This document shows, piece after piece, positions 56,574 to 64,000 of a stretch of DNA of 64,000 bases. Both the position numbers and the translations under genes were made by a program. The number at the start of each line of letters is the position of its first letter. Position 1 is the stretch's first letter. The notes below the pieces were generated by a model, which was not told the DNA's origin, did not search any database, and saw nothing but the letters and a program-made list of their open reading frames with translations. The stretch comes from a virus. Lineage: Duplodnaviria > Caudoviricetes. The stretch is taken from IMG/VR virus record IMGVR_UViG_3300036770_008730; one strand, given 5' to 3'.

Positions 56574-56805
56574 AAAATCAGAGGAATTAATAAATCCTGG
56601 TTATATTTTTGCTCCTTATATACCTGCTGATAATTCAGTTGAATATTCCGGTAAAAAGACAATGAGAAAATCTAAAATTAATAAGATTTTTGAACTTCAA
56701 CTTGACATAAAGTGTGAGTCTCCTATTTCAATAGTTAGTAGGTATTCTAAAAAAGTTCTTAACAATAAATATTATCAAACAATAGAAATAAAAAAATCCT
56801 CTTAA
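56560..56805 (+). CDS. Small protein resembling a fragment of gp23-type major capsid protein
   Basis: PGYIFAPYIP resembles G(Y/F)xYxPY(V/I)P and IVSRYS resembles xxTRYG; RKSKINKIF lies between them. Confidence 0.5.
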   Translation: MLLGRKSEELINPGYIFAPYIPADNSVEYSGKKTMRKSKINKIFELQLDIKCESPISIVSRYSKKVLNNKYYQTIEIKKSS

Positions 56806-56819
56806 ATTAAGAGGATTTT
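56793..56819. terminator. Bidirectional intrinsic terminator
   Basis: aaaatcctctta-aat-taagaggatttt. Confidence 0.85.
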
Positions 56820-56891
56820 ATTTTTATGATAATTATAATTTAGAAATAAGTTTACTCATGCTTGAGAACCGAACTTTTTAATTTCCATAGA

Positions 56892-57464
56892 TTATTTATT
56901 GTATTTTAATTTATAAAGTGTTTTGTATATTAAAGCAACCGCCTCATCAACAATATTTAATAAATGACTGTCTTCAGCTTTAATACATTTCTTTTCCGTT
57001 TTTACAAATTCAACTAATTCTTCAAAATAAGCAATCTTATCTTTTGAGCTAGTTTCTTTTGTATCTATTACTTCATATCCTTCTACTATACCATATTGTC
57101 CCTGATATACTTCAATCATCTCATCGATAAAACCTAATATACCATCGTAGTATTCACCTAAAGCTGTGTGTGCTGCATGAGAACCTGGTTCACCTTTAAC
57201 AGTTAGATGATAGATATGTGCCATTTCTCTACTCTCAAAAAGTTTAGAGAAGAATTTTACTACATCCCCACCAGAAGAAGTTGTTTCTTTTTTCTCAGTC
57301 TCTTTTTCTTCTGACTCTTCTTTCTTTTGTTCTTTATTACCAGACATCAACTTTATAAGCTCTTCTTTTGACATATCTTCATAGTTTGAAGGTAAATTTG
57401 GTTTAGCCTCATCTTGTTCGTTGATTCTTCTGTATTTTTTCTGAATATCTGAAAATCTTTTCAT
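56892..57464 (-). CDS. DUF5856-like ferritin-fold protein with leader
   Basis: MKRFSDI..RINE; HIYHL..SHAAHTALGEYYDGI..DEMIEVYQG..TLYKL. Confidence 0.65.
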   Translation of the reverse strand: MKRFSDIQKKYRRINEQDEAKPNLPSNYEDMSKEELIKLMSGNKEQKKEESEEKETEKKETTSSGGDVVKFFSKLFESREMAHIYHLTVKGEPGSHAAHTALGEYYDGILGFIDEMIEVYQGQYGIVEGYEVIDTKETSSKDKIAYFEELVEFVKTEKKCIKAEDSHLLNIVDEAVALIYKTLYKLKYNK

Positions 57465-57483
57465 TTATAATGATTATTTTTTT

Positions 57484-57690
57484 TTATATATTAAAATCTT
57501 TTGTTGAATTTTCTTCTTCAACTTTACTTATTGATAAATCAGTAACTCCTTCTATTTTTTTGAATGTATCATCTGCAATAAATGAAGCTTCTCCTTCATT
57601 TGCTGCTGTGATTTCAACTTCAACCACCATTTGAACTTTAAACTTTTTCTGTTCAACTGTATTTTCCAATATTTTAGAGAATTTCTTCAT
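57484..57690 (-). CDS. Small putative head-internal protein
   Basis: MKKFSKILE leader. Confidence 0.55.
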   Translation of the reverse strand: MKKFSKILENTVEQKKFKVQMVVEVEITAANEGEASFIADDTFKKIEGVTDLSISKVEEENSTKDFNI

Positions 57691-58801
57691 CTTGTAAAAG
57701 TGCTGCTTTTATTTTTCCTATTTTTTGTTTTAGATATCTTCCATTCTTGTTGAATTGTTTTCCCCAATATTTGATAAAATCTAAACAACTCATTTTTTCA
57801 AATGTTGCCAAAGGAATGATTGGTTCTGCTTTCTGTGATGTAATTTCTTTTTTGTAGACCGCAATCCACATATCTTTAAGTTTATCTGCTATTTTATGGG
57901 AATTATCACAATCAGCAAATAAAAAATTACTGAATTTACTGAAATCATGATTATCGATTTCAGAAATCAAAGACATATAATATACCTCAGCGTCAAATTT
58001 TTCCATATATGTAGCCGTTTGCCAAATATCAAATGACTCAAGTTCCGCTTCTGGATACTTATGTAAATAATAAAACATCTCTTGAACAATAGCGTTCAAT
58101 TCAAAAGATTCGCTTATATAGATGTAATGAAGAAATGAACTTGTCCAATTTGCCCAAACCGGTTTTGGAAATTTCCATATGTTATTTTCAGCATAAGTAA
58201 GTGATGTATTGAAAGATCTATCATAGATTGGTTTTCGATATTCACCCCTTCTTGTTCCTTTTATAGTTCTTTTGTAATGTTCGAATGAGTGATTTAATTC
58301 GTGAAAAATTACAGAACCTATGCCATCTTCAAGTCTTTTTGAGTGACTCGGATTTTGTAAATCAAAGGTCACTTTATCAATTTCTATTTCTATTCCTATT
58401 TGAATTATCAAACCTATATCAGATAGTTTTTTTATAGGGTTGACTATTTTGGAATAATTTTTCCAATTTTTATGACCGAATCCCGATGCTGAACCACCTA
58501 CAACAATTGATTTATCTCCATATTTATTTTTGAATAAAGCAGTTCTCATCTTTTTGAATTCAAGAACAATTTCAAATGCAACTACTGGAAAATCCACATA
58601 AGCTGCCCAATCCGTTATATACGGTCTCAACTTTCTATAACTTATTTTTACTGTTTCATTGAAAGTCAATCCATCTGAATCAATAAATTTAAGAAATTCT
58701 TGTTTTGTTCTTAGGCTGATAGGCTCGTGTAAAAGCAAACTAGCCTTTGACACTCCTACTTTTTCATTTATTGAAAATTCTTCAAATCGGTATATCTTCA
58801 T
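57674..58801 (-). CDS. Putative HExxH zinc metalloprotease with capsid-targeting-like leader
   Basis: MKIYRFEEFSINE; IFHELNHSFEH followed by ESFELNA (gluzincin-like third ligand). Confidence 0.6.
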   Translation of the reverse strand: MKIYRFEEFSINEKVGVSKASLLLHEPISLRTKQEFLKFIDSDGLTFNETVKISYRKLRPYITDWAAYVDFPVVAFEIVLEFKKMRTALFKNKYGDKSIVVGGSASGFGHKNWKNYSKIVNPIKKLSDIGLIIQIGIEIEIDKVTFDLQNPSHSKRLEDGIGSVIFHELNHSFEHYKRTIKGTRRGEYRKPIYDRSFNTSLTYAENNIWKFPKPVWANWTSSFLHYIYISESFELNAIVQEMFYYLHKYPEAELESFDIWQTATYMEKFDAEVYYMSLISEIDNHDFSKFSNFLFADCDNSHKIADKLKDMWIAVYKKEITSQKAEPIIPLATFEKMSCLDFIKYWGKQFNKNGRYLKQKIGKIKAALLQDEEIL

Positions 58802-58886
58802 CTGAGTATATATTAATATTTTTTTCTAAGAATAAAAAGTAGTATTTGTAATTTAATATATAATTCAACAAAAAATAAATTTTATT

Positions 58887-59246
58887 ATGGTTTATATTAA
58901 AAAATATAAAAGATTTGTTGAAGAGTTTGTGATGGCTGGGTCTCCAAGACCTGGAACAATTGAGACCCCGGTTGAAACACCTGTTACTCCGGCACTCCCA
59001 ATACCTACTGAGATTCCTGATGAACAAGATAATCCTTTAGCTTCAACTAAAACTGCTCCAAGGCCTGGAACAATTGAGACTCCGGTTGAAACACCTGTTA
59101 CTCCCGCACTTCCTATACCGACAGAAATTCCGGATGAACAAGATAATCCGTTAGCTTCTGCAGAAGATGTTATAAATAGGTTATCATCTATTTATTCCAA
59201 AGAAGATAAAAAAGGTAAATCAGAAATCGATTCTTATTTCTATTAA
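58887..59246 (+). CDS. Pro/Thr/Glu-rich repeat protein with leader
   Basis: MVYIKKYKRFVEE; two PRPGTIETPVETPVTPALPIPTEIPDEQDNPLAS copies. Confidence 0.65.
   Translation: MVYIKKYKRFVEEFVMAGSPRPGTIETPVETPVTPALPIPTEIPDEQDNPLASTKTAPRPGTIETPVETPVTPALPIPTEIPDEQDNPLASAEDVINRLSSIYSKEDKKGKSEIDSYFY
58944..59159. repeat. Direct repeat, 114-bp period, x~1.9
   Basis: Copies begin at 58944 and 59058; 34 aa identical, differences only at synonymous positions. Confidence 0.9.
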
Positions 59247-59264
59247 AAAATATAAGCTATAAAT

Positions 59265-60992
59265 ATGAAGTCATTCGATAAATTTCTAAAAGAAGAAGTA
59301 GATTTAAGAGGTAGTAAAGGCATTCCATCAGATTTTATGTCAAAAGCTGAACAAGAAGCTAGATTAAAAAAGGGTGTAAGACCTGACGATGAATCTCAAA
59401 TGAGAAACATTTTACCAAGATTTCAATCTTTAATGGGTGAATCTGGTAGGCTGATGGGAATGAAAAATGGTCAAAGATTGACACCTCAACAAATGGAACA
59501 AAGATCCGCTAAATTAGAGGAATTAGCAAAAAAGGTGATTTTAGAAGAGTTTGGAGATATACTAGCCGAATCATCTGTTCCTGTAGAATTAGATATAAAA
59601 TTAGTTAGAATGGGTGGAGTTGCTCAACAACTTCCTAACATTAGACAAGTTCCAAGAGCTCCTCAACCACCTCAACAGCCTCAACCACCTCAACAACCCG
59701 AGGAATGTGAGGATTGTCAACCTGGACAACAACCACAACAACAAGCTGGTGAGGATTTATCAGCAGCAATTGATAAGAAGAAGATTCTGAATATGATTGC
59801 TCAAGGTGCTGGTAAGAAAACAAAAGATATTATTAGATACTCTGAAACAGTAGAAGAAGGTTTGTCAGAAATATTTGAAAACGATGCAACAACTATTCTT
59901 AATTGTTGGGTTGGCCTTTCTGAAGAAGCTGATAAAATGGACTGGGTTATACCAATTGCATCAAAGGCAGGTATGATGTCAAGTGCTCCTGGTGGAATGG
60001 CTGGTGCTTGTGAGGTTGTTTGGGAAAGTTTGTCTGGTGAGATATATGCTTTCAAACTTATTTTAGAAAAACAAGCAACAAAAGTGATTATCAAAGCTGT
60101 TGGTGTGGATTTTCCTATGTTAATTCATGAGGCAGTTAAAGGTGTTTATACATTTTTACAATCAGTTTCAATTAAAAAAGGAGAAGCTGCAAAATCTGTG
60201 AAAAAAGCAACTTCATCATTTACTGATGAGGCTCAAGACTTTAGATATGGACCACCAGCATTGCAGATGTTAATAGATTTTACTAATAAGTTTCCAGAAT
60301 CGACAAATTACAAACAATTTCAAGCTAAGATTTATAAGTTTTTAGCACACGATAAAGAAAGACATAAAGAACAGTTGAAAAATATTGAAGAAATGGCCGA
60401 GAAGATGGAAGGCGCTCAAAAGGAACAATATAAAGAACTAATCAAAAGGATGAAGAAAAGAGTTGAATTGTATAAGACAGATGCTCAATTCTTAGAAATT
60501 ATGAAAAGTTTATTTTCTACTTTTGATCAAGTTGGTGGTGAGTTCACATTGAATGAAGATAAGTTCAACGAATCTCATGCTAAAAAAGAAATAAAAGAAA
60601 TAGTTGAATTTATTGTTAAAGAAGATGAATATTTGGCTGGTAGAGCTGCTGAATATGAAAGATATAAAAAGGAACAAGAAGAAAGATCTAAGATGTCTAA
60701 AAGAGAAGAAGAGGAAGCAGAATCTGAAATGGATAAACTAATTAAACAATCTCTTTCACGTGAGACAGAAAAGACAGAAGAGAAAGATTTTGAAAAAATG
60801 TCTGATTCTGAATTATCAAAACTTTCACAATCTGAAATACAATTAGCTATTGATAAAGCAGTCGAAGAGGAAAATTATGAGTTTGCTGATAAATTGACTA
60901 AGAAGTTCCTAAAAGGTGAAGCTAAGATAGTATGGGAAAAAGAACTTCAGAGAATTAACGAAATGTATAAATTACACACAAGAAGAAAATAA
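59265..60992 (+). CDS. Large putative head-internal protein with C-terminal UVR-like helix pair
   Basis: MKSFDKFLKEE leader; Gln/Pro-rich linker; AIDKAVEEENYEFADKL. Confidence 0.55.
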   Translation: MKSFDKFLKEEVDLRGSKGIPSDFMSKAEQEARLKKGVRPDDESQMRNILPRFQSLMGESGRLMGMKNGQRLTPQQMEQRSAKLEELAKKVILEEFGDILAESSVPVELDIKLVRMGGVAQQLPNIRQVPRAPQPPQQPQPPQQPEECEDCQPGQQPQQQAGEDLSAAIDKKKILNMIAQGAGKKTKDIIRYSETVEEGLSEIFENDATTILNCWVGLSEEADKMDWVIPIASKAGMMSSAPGGMAGACEVVWESLSGEIYAFKLILEKQATKVIIKAVGVDFPMLIHEAVKGVYTFLQSVSIKKGEAAKSVKKATSSFTDEAQDFRYGPPALQMLIDFTNKFPESTNYKQFQAKIYKFLAHDKERHKEQLKNIEEMAEKMEGAQKEQYKELIKRMKKRVELYKTDAQFLEIMKSLFSTFDQVGGEFTLNEDKFNESHAKKEIKEIVEFIVKEDEYLAGRAAEYERYKKEQEERSKMSKREEEEAESEMDKLIKQSLSRETEKTEEKDFEKMSDSELSKLSQSEIQLAIDKAVEEENYEFADKLTKKFLKGEAKIVWEKELQRINEMYKLHTRRK

Positions 60993-61001
60993 ACTACTAA
61001 A

Positions 61002-63038
61002 ATGAAATTATTCAAATATAATCAGTTTTTAGGACTAAATTCAATTAATGAGAATGTTGCGAAAGCAAAATCTTATCTTAAAGAATTCTACTTGACAGAA
61101 AAGGCTGCAAGAGAATTAGGTTTTATAACCGAAGATATGGATTATGAAAAGAAAGAAGGTGAAAGAAGAGTTTTTCTTATGAAAGACTTTACATCTGAAC
61201 AACAACAACAAATCAAAAATAAAATTAAAGGAAGAGGTGAATTCGAAGGAAAAGCTTTAAGAGTTTCTGATGAAGAAATTCGTAAGATAGAACAAAGTGA
61301 AGAATTTAAATCTGTAAGAGAACTAAAAGCTGAAATTAAAGATGCTGAAGGAAAAGTAACAAAAACCTATCAATTGGATAGAGATAATGCTGGTTGGGTT
61401 TCTCATTTTACTTATTTCTACTACGCTGAGAATAGCTCACTTGAAGCACTTACCAGTATTTATGAACGATTAATTCAATATAAAGATTTATTAGATAAGT
61501 TACCTAAAAAGTTTGATAATAACTTCATTGATGAGTCAATACCTAATGAGGATCATACCCATACGAATGCTGAAGATTTATCTGATGAGTTAGATAAATT
61601 GGTTAAATATAAACAACTTTCTAAAATAAAAGAAAGACTTTTACCACATCTTAAAAGAGATTTAGAAAAAGCATCTGAATTACAGATGAAAGATATGTTT
61701 GAAATTGCTGCCGGATTTGACGAATTTGAGCCAGAAGAAAAAAGAGAAACTATTTGGAAAAACTTCTTTGGTGAAATGGCTGAAGATAGACAACCAACTC
61801 TACCTAATGGTTCTCCTAATCCTAATTTTGGTAAGGTAAGATATATGAGTAGATTAGGTTTAATTAAAGACTTGAATGATTTTATTAAATCGGCAAAAGC
61901 ACATTTAGCTGGTTCTACCAGTGATGGATATAGTGAAAGAATCGATAAGATTAACAAAACAAATGATAGATTCGGGGTTAAAGGTGCAAAAGTGGTATTT
62001 AATGAAAATGGAATTATGGTGGTTAGAGTTTATTCTTATGCTGCAAATAACTTCTTAAATAACTATTGCAGTCATTGTATTGTTAATCGTGGTGAAAATT
62101 ATTGGGATAGTTATGTTGGTGATATGAACGCTCAATATTATCTTTATAACTTTAATTTACCTTCTACCAACCCAAGATGGACTATAGGTGTTTCAATAAA
62201 ACCTGAAAGAACTTATCAAAGTGGTGCTTGTCAAGACATCAGAAATAACTATATTGGTGGTGAATTCAAAACAATGTTAAAACAATGGGAAAAAGAATAT
62301 GAAATTGAAACTGACATTTACAATCAAATTCTTAACCCTCTTACAAGAGAAGAATTAGATAAGATGCAAAGACAAAAATTGGCAGATAGAGAGATTGTTA
62401 AGAAGGGTATTACTATTCAACAAATCAAGCAATTTGTAACCGAGGATGGTGCTAATATCAATAAAGATAACGGTAAAGCCTTATTAAATGCAATAGAAGA
62501 GGATGATGTTGAAAAAATAAAATATATTTTAGATTTAGGAGCTTCTCCAACCTTAGGAACTCCAATGGCTAAGGCTAAAAGCTTAAAAGTTATTCAATTA
62601 CTTGTTGAAGCTGGTGCTCCAGTTGTGAATCAGGTTTTTGATAGTTGTTTTGGTGACTTAGATGCCTTAGAATACTTATTCAAAGCAGGACTTGATCCAA
62701 ATCTTGAACAGCAAAAACCATTTAGAAAAGCTATCAAAGGAACTTGGAGAGATTCCAAAAATCCAGGAGATCCATATTTTGAACAATTCAAAATGATTTT
62801 GAAATATGGTGGTAAAACCCAAGATGATCGTGGTAGAAATACTGTATTAAAATGGTGTGCTGAGTATGGTAGATTTGAAATACTTGACTACATGGATAAA
62901 AATGGTATTAGTAATAAATTCACTGCTGCTGAATATAAAGACTCTTTAACTTGGATAACACACGGTGTTAAAATACCTCAAGATGATTGGGAAAAAATGA
63001 AAGAATATTTAAGTTCAAAGATTGCAGAAAAATCTTAA
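61002..63038 (+). CDS. Ankyrin-repeat protein with capsid-targeting-like leader
   Basis: MKLFKYNQFLGLNSINE; GANIN..ALLNAIEEDDVEKIKYILDLGA, KVIQLLVEAGA, ALEYLFKAG repeats. Confidence 0.7.
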   Translation: MKLFKYNQFLGLNSINENVAKAKSYLKEFYLTEKAARELGFITEDMDYEKKEGERRVFLMKDFTSEQQQQIKNKIKGRGEFEGKALRVSDEEIRKIEQSEEFKSVRELKAEIKDAEGKVTKTYQLDRDNAGWVSHFTYFYYAENSSLEALTSIYERLIQYKDLLDKLPKKFDNNFIDESIPNEDHTHTNAEDLSDELDKLVKYKQLSKIKERLLPHLKRDLEKASELQMKDMFEIAAGFDEFEPEEKRETIWKNFFGEMAEDRQPTLPNGSPNPNFGKVRYMSRLGLIKDLNDFIKSAKAHLAGSTSDGYSERIDKINKTNDRFGVKGAKVVFNENGIMVVRVYSYAANNFLNNYCSHCIVNRGENYWDSYVGDMNAQYYLYNFNLPSTNPRWTIGVSIKPERTYQSGACQDIRNNYIGGEFKTMLKQWEKEYEIETDIYNQILNPLTREELDKMQRQKLADREIVKKGITIQQIKQFVTEDGANINKDNGKALLNAIEEDDVEKIKYILDLGASPTLGTPMAKAKSLKVIQLLVEAGAPVVNQVFDSCFGDLDALEYLFKAGLDPNLEQQKPFRKAIKGTWRDSKNPGDPYFEQFKMILKYGGKTQDDRGRNTVLKWCAEYGRFEILDYMDKNGISNKFTAAEYKDSLTWITHGVKIPQDDWEKMKEYLSSKIAEKS

Positions 63039-63044
63039 AAAAAT

Positions 63045-63070
63045 AAACCCTGATTTTTTCAGGGTTTTTT
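63045..63070. terminator. Bidirectional intrinsic terminator
   Basis: aaaccctga-ttttt-tcagggttt between convergent genes. Confidence 0.8.
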
Positions 63071-63772
63071 TATTATATTCCAAATCAAGTAAGCATCATT
63101 GCAATCTTCATAAGGCTTAGGAATCGTACTTACCGATTTCAAATCACCACTCACTGATTTACAATGTTTAGCCCAATAGTCATTTAAATTCTCATTTTCA
63201 ATAATAGCTAAAGCCATATCAGTCTTTTGAAACTTACCACCAGGTATACCTATATTGTTTCTAAATTCCTCTGTAATCTTTTTCTTTTTCACTCCAGTTT
63301 CTTTTATAATTGGTTTGTAAGTCAATTTACAAGACTCTAATTTCAAAGTAGATGGTGACATCACAGTTATATCTTGACTTACTTTATCAAATAATTTCTT
63401 TCTTAAAAGAGTGGAAAAAGTTACCAAATCTATTAAATCACCAACTTGAGCACCAAAGTTATATCCTTCAATTCCTACTTTAGTGGGTAATTCAGGATTT
63501 ATTGATTCCAAAATATCACTGATTATTTGGTCAGTTATCTTATCATAATCTTTTAACTTTACCAATTCTCCTTCTGAATATCCATCAAAATTTCTATATT
63601 CAATGAATTTATATTCAACATGCTCTTCCGCCATCTTAAACCATTTAGTCATTCCAGTTTTACCATAAACTTTAGATTCTCTGCAATAGTTTATAACCCT
63701 AAAAGAATCTTTATGAGATACTACTAAGGCAGTTGAAATTAAACTTGGATCGACAGCTACTATATTATACAT
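63059..63772 (-). CDS. RuvC-like (RNase H fold) nuclease / Holliday junction resolvase
   Basis: VAVDPSL, GIEGY, SPSTLK, DCNDAYLI acidic catalytic pattern. Confidence 0.7.
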   Translation of the reverse strand: MYNIVAVDPSLISTALVVSHKDSFRVINYCRESKVYGKTGMTKWFKMAEEHVEYKFIEYRNFDGYSEGELVKLKDYDKITDQIISDILESINPELPTKVGIEGYNFGAQVGDLIDLVTFSTLLRKKLFDKVSQDITVMSPSTLKLESCKLTYKPIIKETGVKKKKITEEFRNNIGIPGGKFQKTDMALAIIENENLNDYWAKHCKSVSGDLKSVSTIPKPYEDCNDAYLIWNIIKKP

Positions 63773-63807
63773 AAAAGTATATAGTAAAAAAGACTTTCTC
63801 TAAGAAT

Positions 63808-63838
63808 TTTGACTTTTACAGAACATTCCGTATATTTG
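63808..63838 (+). promoter_or_regulatory. Bacteroidota-type promoter TTTG-N19-TATATTTG
   Basis: Exact consensus match upstream of ATG 63854. Confidence 0.7.
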
Positions 63839-63853
63839 TATAAATAAATCACT

Positions 63854-64000
63854 ATGAAAGGTCATAAAATTACAAATACAAAAGATTCTCTTAAATTTAT
63901 GTTTGCTGGTAAATCTATTGTTACCTTCCTAAACTCACAATCTGGTAATCGTTTTACTTTCAAAATAAAAGCCGCTAAAGATTCAAACCTATTTTTTGTT
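63854..64000 (+). CDS. 3'-truncated hypothetical (probably early) phage protein
   Basis: MKGHKITNTKDSLKFMFAGKSIVTFLNSQSGNRFTFKIK... runs off the window end; too short for the ORF track. Confidence 0.65.
   Translation, partial: MKGHKITNTKDSLKFMFAGKSIVTFLNSQSGNRFTFKIKAAKDSNLFFV

Noticed and set aside
1-64000. Stop-codon reassignment as in some large phages
   Set aside because: Conserved enzymes are full length in the standard code, and TAG/TGA terminate genes at sensible positions (e.g. 37104, 38214, 56442).

Overview
An AT-rich (roughly 25-30% GC by eye), gene-dense segment of a T4-like jumbo bacteriophage genome in the standard genetic code. The host is probably Bacteroidota: TTG-N19/20-TAnnTTTG promoters are present and starts are A-rich with few Shine-Dalgarno sites. 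Replication and nucleotide genes include the N-terminal half of a split family-B DNA polymerase, a gp41/DnaB-like helicase, a DinG-like helicase, NrdA/NrdB, ThyA, an Fpg/Nei glycosylase, a RuvC-like nuclease, a DNA methyltransferase and a minimal PolA/T7-RNAP-like polymerase. Virion genes include a tape-measure-like protein, a baseplate-hub-like protein and tail/fibre proteins. Accessory genes include five glycosyltransferases, an ABC transporter, peptidases, a GH16 hydrolase, a 2H phosphoesterase and an HNH endonuclease. Main observations: (1) a ~470-nt non-coding region upstream of a Ro60/TROVE gene holds repeated, covarying stem-loops, has its own promoter and ends in a terminator (candidate Y-RNA-like array or Ro60-regulated leader); (2) about 17 unrelated proteins share an N-terminal MKIKxFxxF..(I/L)xE leader resembling the T4 capsid-targeting/prohead-protease signal; (3) three candidate promoter classes sort with gene function; (4) five proteins share an RxxKIxx(I/L) motif. 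No tRNA, rRNA or CRISPR array was found. All product calls come from motifs recognised by eye; no database search was run.
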